From Eledone cirrhosa (taxonomy: Eukaryota), in the NCBI GenBank assembly GCA_964016885.1, contig OZ024743.1, positions 122,512,001 through 122,576,000 of the forward strand: 64,000 nucleotides of DNA, read 5' to 3'. Each line of letters opens with the position of its first letter. Position 1 is the first letter of the stretch. Made by a program: the position numbers and the translations under genes. Shown piece after piece: positions 1 to 11,570 of the stretch. Below the pieces are notes generated by a model that did not search any database, was not told the origin of the DNA, and was given only the letters and a program-made list of their open reading frames with translations.

Positions 1-99
1 CCATAATAAGTGAGTAAACCATAGTGGGTGTATGATGGTTGACATATCTATAATTGATTTAAATGAATGTAAAATAAAATATGGCGATGGCAGGAGTGT

Positions 100-159
100 G
101 AAGAAGAAGAAGAAGAAGAAGAAGAAGAAGAAGAAGAAGAAGAAGAAGAAGAAGAAGAA
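100..159. repeat. (GAA)n microsatellite
   Basis: Direct run of gaa triplets. Confidence 0.95.
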
Positions 160-469
160 GAGTGATTGAGATTTGTGATGTCAAAGAAAATTCATAGATT
201 TAAGCATCACCACATAAAATGTTATAATTCAAGAAATATTAAATTTAACATTTTTTTACCATACACTGCTAAAGAGAGAGAGAGGGAGGGGGAGAGGAAG
301 AAAGAGAGAGAAAGAAAAGGAAAGAGAGACTGAACAAAAGAAAGAGAGGACGAGAGAGAGTGTTTCCTTTCCACCCATGTAGAAGATCATGAAAGAAGAA
401 TATGCCTCGTCAAAAATATCTTGAACGAATCATTTAACACTTTCTATAAAAATATAGATATATATCCAA

Positions 470-910
470 ATCAGTGGTGGATTGACAGATTCGATAGAGT
501 GACGGACAAACTGTCTTGTAGCATTTAATTACCCTTTACATTGTGAGTTTAAATCCCTACGAGGTTGACTTTGCTCTTCATTCTCCCGGGGTCGATAAAA
601 TCAGTACCGGTTGAATAATTGTTTTTACTTTTAGCACAAGGCCAGCAATTTGAAGGAGAGAGGGAAGTCGATTAAATAGACTCCAGTACTCACTATTGCT
701 TTATTTAATCGACCCCGTAAGGATGAAAGGTTAAATTGGCGGGACATGAACTCAGAACTCCGCCGAGATTAGTTTTACCTTTCATCCTTACGGTGTCGGT
801 TAAATAAAGCACCAGTGAGTACTGGGCTCGATTTAATCGACTTTCCCCTCCTCTTCAAATATAATCAATTATACCAAGCCCCAAATTTCAGGCCTTGTGC
901 CTAAGTTAGA
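470..910. mobile_element. Cluster of tRNA-derived SINE copies (+ 470-615, - 620-760, + 757-910); the last two form an inverted pair
   Basis: B-box-like gagtttaaatcc followed by the core 'ctttcatcc..cggggtcgataaaat', which recurs many times in the window. Confidence 0.75.
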
Positions 911-3189
911 TAGCAATATATGTTAAGAACAGCACGTATTGATTATATTGTACTCCTCAGTAGAATTTACCAGACGTACTTAAAATATCACTGAAACAAA
1001 TGAATAAAACATGCGATATAACTTTCAGTCTTATATCCATTTACTTAGAAATCCTAGTGCTCTGTTTTTCTATTCCTGTTGCAGTTATGTGATGGATATT
1101 AGAACTTTACTTCGTCTATAAATATGTGTTATCTTGAAATATATCTTAGCTTGAAAGAAAAAGATTAGCACCCCTCGCCTGTTAGGACTCCTTTGATTTG
1201 GAAGGGTATTATTAGTAGGTTACATTTGCATTTAATGATTAATTGTAAGTTAACACTTAATAGTTTCGGAGGGTTGCAGTTAGAGAAATATGAAGTGGAA
1301 AATGATACTGGCAATGTGACAGCTTGTGGATGTCAGCAAATGATAGATGAGTGTTGTGAGTATGCTGGAATAAAGAAGGTTTGCAGTAAGCAACTTACAT
1401 TCTGAATGTAATAATTGTGAAGACACACGTCAACCTACGATAGAAACAAGAAGTTATAGTTGGTTTGTCTATCAAACGGATTGCTTTTAGTGAATGTGTT
1501 ATGGCATTTGAAAAGGTGACAACAATTCCAAATGTCGCAGCAATAATCATTTTTGATTATTGCTGTGTCATATCTAAACAACTCTTCAGCACTAAATATT
1601 CTTTTCACTCCGGAATGTAAGCAATGTTTCATCAATTTAGTTTTAACTGTGTTAAAAACGTAAGCGTCCCATTTCCACCATCATCCATAACTTTTCAATA
1701 GCAGTGTCATACATTCATCAGGAGTTATGTCAACACTGTTCTCCATCATGTTTTTAAAGATAGGTTTGAAAGGAGGCCTACTGATGATGGTCCCAAGGGT
1801 CCCAGGTAATGACTTGGCTGGTCACACCTTTGGGCTTCTCAGAAATTAGCTGGTAAATTCCAGCTATCTTCCAGCTTTATTGTCCGTCAACTGGGAGACT
1901 TCAGCATGGATTTAATGAGGGTCCAACTGTCATACATGTAAAGAAAGATTGCTGTGTTTGATGTAATCAAATTTCCCTTCTCGAGTTGCCTAGAGAAACT
2001 GGAAATTCAGATATTCATCATAAGAGCGAGCGCTATCCAGGTAAGGTTTGACAAACCATTATGTCCTTTTCTGAATTTGCGATGAATGATTTGATGTAGT
2101 TCAAGTAAGAAACATGTTTGAGCATGATCCCGTCAACGCATTTGATCAGCTTATATTCAAATACTTTGTAGGACATGTATCCCTATTCTTAGCATTAAAA
2201 TGTGGCCAGAATTTATTGTACACATTCTCTAATCGTAATAAAAGAGTTTGAGTGTCTGTGATTTTATCCAATAAAAAATGTCGGCCAAGTCCAGGTGAAA
2301 TAGTCATTGGGCCAAACGTAACACTTTAGTGTAATGGTTTTACCCAGTTCTTTATTGTGTCCAACTGCTTAACAGAAGACATTGTTCAAAAACATGACAA
2401 AGATGAAGGCTATCAGCCTTTCACGGCCTACAGCTGAAGTGCCAGTTTCACTAAGTGGCCCGATGTCTCGAGGGCTACGCGACATTATTCCGCACATCAT
2501 GAAACCTTTCACCACAATATTGTACAATGTACAATGATGGTATATTTACATTCGTACTTCCATTGATGATTGCAACAATTTATCTTACTTACCCTAATAG
2601 AAATTTTAGTAGAAAGTTGTTCATATTGTCTGGTATTTTTCAAGGAATACATTTTGTTATATTATACATACAACTATAATTTTGTGTTCTACTTGTCCTT
2701 AGTACACTAAGTTCTCTGTCGTTTTAAGAAAATAAATTACATATTCTGTTGTGTGGAATATGATTCTGTTAATGTCAAACGTCTTCTTCATCTCCCTTGA
2801 TCTTGTTAACTGTGTTATTCTTTATTTCCTCCTCTTGAACAACAGCTGCCATTTAGCTGAATAGTTTTTTAATACGCAGTAAAAGTAGATAAACTGTCCC
2901 TTTCTAGTACGTATATTACTTAACGTTGCGTTTCCATATTAATTTCATTCCATTTTCATATTTTCTGCAAACTTTTACACGAATTTTATTGAAACCAAAT
3001 GTTTCTAATGTAATTTGTAAGAAGTCTTAGTTTTTCAATTATAGAAGCATATTCTTTCATTGCAAAATACATAGATAAATGTTTTCAACGTTAAAAATTC
3101 TGCACTCTATTTTTGCCATATATATAACCCCCACGTCGATTTTTAACGTCTTAATCTTATATATAATGGTCATAATATACGGATATCAA

Positions 3190-3239
<50 letters not shown>

Positions 3240-3372
3240 GAAGTAATTCCATCGGAAAGGTACAGGAAAAAAGAGTGCTCTATGTAGGCTACAGAGCTTA
3301 TTAGTTATGTAATAAACAACATAAGATAATTATTTCATTTACCAGTGGTTTCTTGAAAGCAGATTTAACTGT

Positions 3373-3399
<27 letters not shown>

Positions 3400-3403
<4 letters not shown>

Positions 3404-3716
3404 ATAATAATAAATTTGAAGACTAAAATCCAAAGAGGGCTCGATAAGGATAAATATATATCAAATATATAAGAACTTTGCGCGTAATTGTTTTTCACCG
3501 CTCCTATTAATGACGTGTTATATTCGTTTTTTCCCGTTCTTAGCCAGCGAACGTTTCCACGAACCAAAGTATCGTCTTCCTGTCTTCCTCCGGCTGCAAC
3601 GGTTTTTTGAAATATCCAGTTCTGCGTTTACAGATTGACTTTGTTAGTTTCAGAAGATCCCGTTAAGGGTGAAAGCAGCGATTCTTTGCTTAAACTTTAA
3701 TCTGTTATTTTAATAA

Positions 3717-3720
<4 letters not shown>
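3400..3720 (+). mobile_element. Small non-coding HHR element between (TA)n tracts
   Basis: Related pieces at 4430-4610 (fold-back) and 63590-63760 (reverse complement); contains HHR-like motif. Confidence 0.7.
3646..3696 (+). ncRNA. Type I hammerhead-like motif, U4A core variant
   Basis: agttt CAGAAGA t ccc gttaa ggg t GAAA gca..tgc TT aaact; stems I, II and III all pair. Confidence 0.6.
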
Positions 3721-3751
<31 letters not shown>

Positions 3752-3764
3752 ATATATATATATA

Positions 3765-4407
3765 AGTATGTATACGTACATGCATATATGTATACAGGCG
3801 TACAGTAGTATGTATATACATAGATACATGCACACATATATATATGTACGTATGGGTTTACCGAACAATTATTATAATGGTGGTTGATTCATTTTATATT
3901 TGTTAGTATACTGTTATCATTGCTCTGGCAAGATTGTCGACATTTAACAAATTTTTCTGCTATTGTGACCGTTGATAGATTTCCTTACTTTCCATTATAA
4001 CATAAGTAACTCACTCGATATGCAAATTAGGCTGCTAATTAATGCATAAGGAAAGTATATACTTTCAAACGTTCAATCAACTGACAGGAAGGTATGCGGT
4101 GCTGATGACAGCTAATAAGCTAGACACTAGTTCATCGTTCCTTTGTCAGTGTTGAACAAAAGGGCAACGATGGTTGCCGGACACTGTACGGCTAATAATT
4201 CGGGCTGTTTGTTTACAAACAAACCGAGCTTTATAATAAATGTTCGGTAAACCCATACGTACATATATATATACATATGTGTTCATGTATGTATGTATAT
4301 ACATACTACTGTACGTCTGTATACATATATGTATGTACCTATACATACTTATATTTAAATATCAGCCGTACTAAGAGTGAGAAATGAAATTTCATTTTTT
4401 CCATTTA
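3765..4407 (+). mobile_element. Retrozyme-like element (same family as 34480-35482) with 5' inverted fragment
   Basis: 3765-3880 is an inverted copy of ~4230-4350; homologous to 34560-35480; degenerate HHR at 4097-4137 (cggtg CTGATGA c agct aata agct a GACA ctag TT catcg). Confidence 0.75.
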
Positions 4408-5566
4408 TATATATATATATATATATATAGTAATAATAATAAATGTGAAGACTAAAATCCGAAGAGGGCTCGATAAGGATAATATATATATAAAATATAT
4501 AAAACCGTACAGCAAATATTTATTAAAATAACAGATTAAAGAAACACTGTTTTCGCCCTTAACGGTTAAGGGTAAAAGCAGCGATTCTTTGCTGTTCTGT
4601 TATTTTAATATATAAACTAAATTCTGAACAAACTTTTGGATCCCTCTAATATGATATTAAAATACTTAAAATTCCAATTTTAATATATTTTAATAAAAAT
4701 ATTCATTTTGAGCAATGTCTTTACTGAAAAAAAAAAAACTGCTCATTTTCTCTATCTCTTCCTCTCACTCTCACACGCTCTACAGTTTTCATTCACTGCG
4801 ATCACCCTTTTTTCTGTTTCCATTTTTAAAATGAGATTTATTTTTTGTAAACTTTGCCCGCTATCTAACTTTCACTGACTGTTACCGTTATGAAAATACT
4901 GGAATAGCAATTATGATATTAAAGAAATGAAGGAAATAACAAATCAACGTATTTTCATATTTTGTTATTTCATAACCTCCGATTCTTTTTATAAATGTTA
5001 AAAAAATATGGACAAATTAAATTTATATTTGATTTAAAAAATATTAAAGGATGAAGAAGAAAGTGGTGATTATTAGAGTTTGGAGGGTTATACTTTTAAG
5101 TTGTAGAGAGGCTTATGCTATGGCTTTTCCTTTTCTTTGTTTCTATATTTGGTTCAAGCATTTAAAGGCTTTTGATGGTATTTTTTTCTTCTGTAAATCC
5201 ACTTTCCCTTAATACTTCAGTATGAAGAATTTTGTTAAACATGTCGTCATTTGATGACAATTTACAAACACTTAGTGATTCATATCGAACTAAGATATTA
5301 ATAATTTTTTCGTTGGTTAGATAGTTTATGAATATATTGCAGTTATTTCGTAAGATTTTATTATAAGGTGACAAAGTTAATTACTTTAAGCAATCTTCGA
5401 ATTTATATTCAAACCGACGTGGTTGTGTGTTGTTAAGTGTGGATGAGTACGTATGCATGCATCTAAGTACGCATGCATGTATGTATGTATGTATGTATGT
5501 ATGTATGTATGTATGTATGTATGTATGTATGTATGTATGTATGTATGTATGTATGTATGTATGTAT

Positions 5567-6089
5567 GTCGGGTCACTCTTGAGTGCTACTGGTAACATTT
5601 AACCCAGTACAACCTGTCACATGGTCGGGTAGTCGACGACTAAACCGGCAACCCCACCAAGTTTACTTGGTGAGGAGGGTGATTTTGGACACCCCGCAGG
5701 ACAAAAAACAAAACGAGACAAAGGGCGGAAGAACTCATAAGGGTCAACGGCCACCCAAAAGTGTGTAATTATGTATATACACATGTACCACGCGGTTAAA
5801 GGACCCCTAGCCTTTGTCAGGGCATTCTTCTAGGAGAAGGCAACTCAGGAAGCTGGGATGACACCGATATAAAACCTGCGGCTCAGTAGTTACTGATGAT
5901 GTTGATCTTTTCTTCTTTTCAGGTTATAGCTACTGTCGCTCAGAGAGTGGGATTGGCTCAGTGCACAGTCTTTCCTCACTTTGAAAAATATCTTCATGCA
6001 CAGGCATTGCACGATAGAATTAATTAATAATTATTAATAATGGTATATCGTGCAATGGTCATACTCGATAACGAGGGGACAGCCATCAT
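5567..6089 (+). mobile_element. (TATG)n-flanked structured non-autonomous repeat, subfamily B
   Basis: Starts gtcgggtcac and ends cagccatcat(gtat)n; homologous to 7222-7527 and 48091-48441. Confidence 0.8.
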
Positions 6090-6181
6090 GTATGTATTTA
6101 TGTATGTATGTATGTATGTATGTATGTATGTATGTATGTATGTATGTATGTATGTATGTATGTATGTATGTATGTATGTAT

Positions 6182-6707
6182 GTCAGGTCACTCTCGAGTG
6201 ACATGCAACATGTAACTCAGTACAACCTGTGTCATGGTCGGGTCGTCGGCGACTAAACGGGAAACCCCACCGAGCTTGCTTAGTGAGGGGATGATATTTG
6301 GACACCCTGCGTGATGAAATACAAGACCCGGTGAAGAGCGTAGGAACTCAGCAGAGTCAACGGCCATCTAAATAGTACTTTTTATTTTATTCTTTTTACC
6401 TGGGAGTGAAAGGCCCCCAGTTGTTGTCACAACACCTTTCTAAGAGAGAGAAACTCTGAAAAAAACCCCCAAAACCTGCGAACATCCGAATGATGTTGAC
6501 CAGTTCTTTTCGGGTAGTGTTTCGATGCTCAGAGAGTGGCATTGGTCGAATGCAAGGTCTTTCACCACTTAAACATCTTTAAAGCACAGATATTGCTTGT
6601 TCAGGATATGTTACAACTTCGTGTGTCTGGCTGTAATTTAAAGGTGCACCATTTTCTGTAATCTGACAAGCGATTGCAATACTCTTAGCAGAGTTTGCAG
6701 CCACCAT
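6182..6707 (+). mobile_element. (TATG)n-flanked structured repeat, subfamily C
   Basis: Starts gtcaggtcac and ends gcagccaccat(gtat)n; colinear motifs with subfamilies A and B. Confidence 0.75.
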
Positions 6708-6836
6708 GTATGTATGTATGTATGTATGTATGTATGTATGTATGTATGTATGTATGTATGTATGTATGTATGTATGTATGTATGTATGTATGTATGTATG
6801 TATGTATGTATGCATGCATGTATGTATGTATGTATG

Positions 6837-6870
<34 letters not shown>

Positions 6871-7029
6871 TGTATGTATGTATGTATGTATGTATGCGTG
6901 GAGGGCCGTGACTCTATGCTGTAAAGCAATTATAATAATACAGGACTGTAGTACGATCGGCTTCAACTATACAAACTCTTGAAAGTCAACAGTTGACATA
7001 ATCTTGTAATCTTGTATCAGTAATGACGG

Positions 7030-7095
<66 letters not shown>

Positions 7096-7221
7096 AAGTG
7101 AGTAGAGTAGCGTGTGTGTGTTTGTATGTATGAGTGTTGCTGTGTGCGCGCATATGTATGCGCGTGTGTGTGTCGTACGTATAAGTGTCAATAAGTGATT
7201 TTTTTTTATTTTTTTTTTTGC

Positions 7222-7527
7222 GCGGGGACATAGAAATAATCGGGCTGGATGCCCGATCACGCAGTTAAACCACTGGGAGTGAAGAACCCCTAGCCCTTGT
7301 CAGGGCATTCTTCTAGGAGAAGGCATCTCAGGAAACTGGGTTAACTCCGACATAAAACCTCTGCGGCTCAGTAGTTACCGATGATGTTGATCTTTTCTTC
7401 TTTTCGGGTTATAGCTACTGTCGCTCAGAGAGTGGGATTGACTCAGTGCACAGTCTTTCCTCACTTTAAAAATATTCGTCACGCACAGGCATTGCACGAG
7501 TACATTAATAATTATTAATAGTGTACT
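7222..7527 (+). mobile_element. Subfamily B repeat, interrupted; its 3' end resumes at 16205-16247
   Basis: Matches 5790-6040; hairpin cattgcacgag-tac...gta|ctcgtgcaatg is split between 7490-7527 and 16205. Confidence 0.8.
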
Positions 7528-7592
7528 ATTATTATTATTATTACTATTATTATTACTATTATTATTACTTTTTTTTTTTTTTTTCCAATTCA

Positions 7593-10500
7593 ATGATGTT
7601 CCAGAACAATATAAAAGAGATAATTGGCAATTTAGGTTCTGGAACAAAAAAGATCATTGGCAATAAGGGCAGGGGCCCCAGGTTATCACAGCCTGGGCCC
7701 GCTCGTCATCGTGCCATTGTAATAGAGCCAAACAAGGCATTTAGTCTTGGCTGCTGGAACGTACGGACGCTGCTTGACAGGGATTCCTTGGGGCGTCCTG
7801 AACGAAGGACCGCTCTTGTTGCAAAGGAGCTTCGACGTTACGATCTTGACATCGTGGCTTTATCTGAGACGAGGCTAGCTAGAGATGGTCATCTTACGGA
7901 ATTTTGTGGAGAATATACATTCTTCTGGAAAGGAAGAGATGAAGGAACCAGAAGAGAGGCTGGGGTAGGATTTGCTGTTAAGACTGTGCTTGTGAACAAA
8001 TTAGAAGAATTCCCAGTAGGGATTAGTGAGCGTCTTATGTCCATGAGAGTTCCGCTGGACAAGGGAAGATATGCTACCCTGGTGAGTGTGTATGCTCCAA
8101 CTATGAGTTCTGTCGATGAGGAAAAGGTGTCCTTTTACCATGCCTTGAAAGGTGTTTTAAGAAATATCCCTCAGGCAGACAAAGTCATCTTGCTTGGTGA
8201 CTTTAATGCTAGAGTGGGTAGGGATTTTAACACATGGAATATAATCGGAAGGCATGGGGTGGGAAAGTGTAACAGCAATGGCATGCTCCTGCTGCAGATG
8301 TGTGAGGAGCTGGATCTGTGTGTTACCAACACCATATTCCAACAAAAGAACAAATTCAAGACCACATGGGTGCATCCTGCATCTAAGGAATGGCATCTTT
8401 TGGACTACGTCCTAGTCAGGATGCGTGACAGACAGGATATGCAGTGTGTTCGTGTTCTTCGTGGAGCTGAGTGCTGGACGGACCACCGCCTGGTACGCGC
8501 AAAAGTGAAACTAATCACTAAACGTAAAATCCGGGCTCCTGGTGTTGCCCTGCCCAAAAGATTGAATGCTGCTCGTCTTAAGGATAAAAATGTGAAGAGG
8601 ACATTGGAAGAGATGCAGGCTGCAGATCTTTGTGAGGATTGGCCGACCCTTAAAAAGTCGGTTTATGATGTAGGCAGGCGTGTTCTGGGATTGTCGCAGA
8701 GGAAACATCGGGACTGGTTTGATGAGAATGATGTACATATAGAAGACTTGTTGGCTGATAAGAGGCGTGCTCTGTCACGCTACTTGACGGCAAAACCACA
8801 GGAGAGGAATACGTTGCATGAGGAACTCAGGGATGTAAAATCACGTGTTAGGCGGAGTCTTTCTCAGATGAAGGATCAGTGGTGTAGTGAGAAGGCTGGT
8901 GAGATACAAACTGCGTCTGATTCCAATAACACAAAGCTGTTGTACAGTCTCTTGCGTGAGGTTTATGGACCGACTTCTTCTCTGGTGACACCGCTTCGCA
9001 GCAAGGATGGCAAAGAACTTCTTCGTGACTCACAAGGAATTCTACGAAGGTGGTGAGAGTACTTTGATGATCTTTTGAATCAGCCGTCTGTCGTCAGTGA
9101 AGATTTCTTCAATCTCATTCCAGAAAGTCCTGTGAAAGTAGCTCTCGCAGAACCTCCGACGCTTGTGGAGGTTGCAGTGGCTATTTCGAAGCTTAACAGT
9201 GGAAGATCTCCAGGTATGGATGGCATACATGCTGAGCTCCTACAATATGGTGGTGAGAGACTCCTGCAACATCTTCACTCTTTGTTTGGCAGGATATGGG
9301 CTAATGAATCCGTACCTGAGGACTGGAGAAATGCAGTAATGGTGGTCTTGTACAAGGGAAAGGGTATCAGGAACGATTGTGGGAACTACAGAGGTATATC
9401 ATTGCTTTCTGGCGTAGGGAAAGTTTTATGTAGGGTGCTTCTGGGCCGTCTGCTGACACACATTGCAGATCGTGTTCTTCCTGAAAGTCAATCTGGTTTT
9501 CGTGCTGGACGCGGCACTACTGATATGATCTTCTCAGCTAGACAGCTCCAGGAGAAGTGCATGGAACAAGGCTTGGATCTGTATCAGGTTTTTGTCGATC
9601 TGTACAACAGCTTTGTGTTATTGGAATCAGACGCAGTTTGTATCTCACCAGCCTTCTCACTCCACCACTTCGATACTGTTAACAGAGATGCATTATGGAA
9701 GGTTCTCCAGAAACTTGGTTGCCCTGATAAGTTCCTTGCTTTAGTTAGGTCTTTCCATGACGACATGAAGGCTTGGGTTAATGTCGGGGGTAACATGTCG
9801 GAGCCTATCTCAGTAAAAAATGGAGTGAAACAGGGGAATATTCCAGCACCGACCCTGTTTGCCATATACTTTGCAATGGTTTTCTGTATTGCATTCAGGA
9901 ATTGCGAGCATGGTGTTTACATCCGATATCGAACCTCAGGCAGCATATTTAACATCAGGCGCTTTGCTGCGAAGACAAAAGTATTTATATCAATCATAAG
10001 AGACCTCTTGTATGCAGATGATTGCGATCTTGTAGCGCAGACAGAGAGTGATATGCAGCACATTTTGAATGCATTTTCTGACGCTTGCACTGCCCTAGGT
10101 CTGACTGTCAGTCTCAAGAAAACCGTCGTCATGTACCAACCTGCCCCTGGTAAGCAGTACACTGAACCAGACATCTATGTGTATGGCAAACGACTTGGAG
10201 TGGTTGATCAGTTTGTCTACCTTGGAAGCACTGTCAATCGATACAGCAACCTTGACAGTGAAATCTCACTTAGGATTAGGAAAGCAAGTGATGCTTTCGG
10301 AAAGCTAGAAAGGCGTCCCTGGGGTCGGCGAGACATATGCAGGAGGACAAAGGTAAAATTGTACAGCGCATGTGTGCTCTCTTGTCTTCTTTATGCCTGC
10401 GACACCTGGGTCACATATCGACACCACCTTAAGCAATTGGAGCGTTTCCATCAGATGTGTCTCAGACGGATCCATGGCGTTCACTGGAGGGACCACATCA

Positions 10501-11192
10501 GTGATGTCGAGATTTTGGAAAGCTCTATGTGTGACAGTATAGAAGCTCTTGTGCTTAAGCAACGACTCCGTTGGAGTGGTCACCTTGCCAGGATGAAGGA
10601 TTCTAGAATACCAAAACCACTCTTTTATGGAGAGTTGGTTAAAGGAAAACGACGGCCACATAAACCAAAAAAGAGGTATAAGGATTCCTTGAAAGCCTCT
10701 CTGAAAGACGCTAACATCTCTGCTGATACATGGGAGAATATTGCTGCTGATCGTAATAAATGGAGAAAGACTGTTTATGAGGGAAACGTTGCCTTTGAGG
10801 CATCTCGAATCGCATACGAGAAAGTAAAGTGGGATGTGAGGAAGGGCATTGCTGTTGCACTTCCAGACGGCGAGGGTTCTCCTATGGTGCTGACATGCAG
10901 CGTATGTGCGAGACTCTGCCTAAGCAAAGCTGGACTCGAAAGTCATCTTCGCAGTCATAAAGTAAGACCAGTGGTTGACTACCAGGCTGCTGTTGGAGAT
11001 GCTACTCATCATGCTTGCCAAACATGTGGTAGAGAATGTAAATCAGCAGGAGGACTCAAGCGACATGCAAAAGTACACGAACTCCAACCACAGCCGACTA
11101 TTCCCAGTAAATGTTTTGGTTGCCGACTCTGTGCAAGACATTTTAGATCATTGGCTGGGCTAAAAAGCCACATTCGATCGCAGCGCTGTTAG
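7593..11192 (+). pseudogene. RTE-clade LINE ORF: AP endonuclease + reverse transcriptase + C-terminal C2H2 fingers; one in-frame TGA (9054-9056) and a 70-bp inverted insert
   Basis: GCWNVRTL, DIVALSETR, LGDFNARVG, TDH (APE); NYRGISLL, QSGFR, YADD, YLGS, RLRWSGH (RT). ORFs 7521-9056 and 9075-11192 are in the same frame (RRW*EYFDDLLN). Confidence 0.95.
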
Positions 11193-11298
11193 TTGCTATC
11201 GCGCGCGTGTGTGTGTGTAGATATGCTTATGTGTGTGTGTGTGTATATATATATGTATATGTATATTATTATTGTTGTTGTCGTTATTATTATTGTTC

Positions 11299-11392
<94 letters not shown>

Positions 11393-11502
11393 GTTCTTAA
11401 TGTATGTGTGTGTGTATATGTGTGTGAGTATGTGTGTGTGTATATATGTATGTATATGTATATATATATATATATTTTTTTTTTAAATTTTAATTTTCTT
11501 TT

Positions 11503-11559
<57 letters not shown>

Positions 11560-11570
11560 GTTATTGTTAT

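Noticed and set aside
5884-5935. ctgatga in subfamily B as a hammerhead or C box
   Set aside because: No GAAA box, and other copies read ccgatga or ccaatga.
7521-7592. Poly-Y/F N-terminus of the 511-aa ORF
   Set aside because: Microsatellite upstream of the probable ATG at 7593.
9054-9056. Programmed readthrough or selenocysteine at the RTE TGA
   Set aside because: RTEs have a single ORF and this copy has other lesions; a nonsense mutation is simpler.
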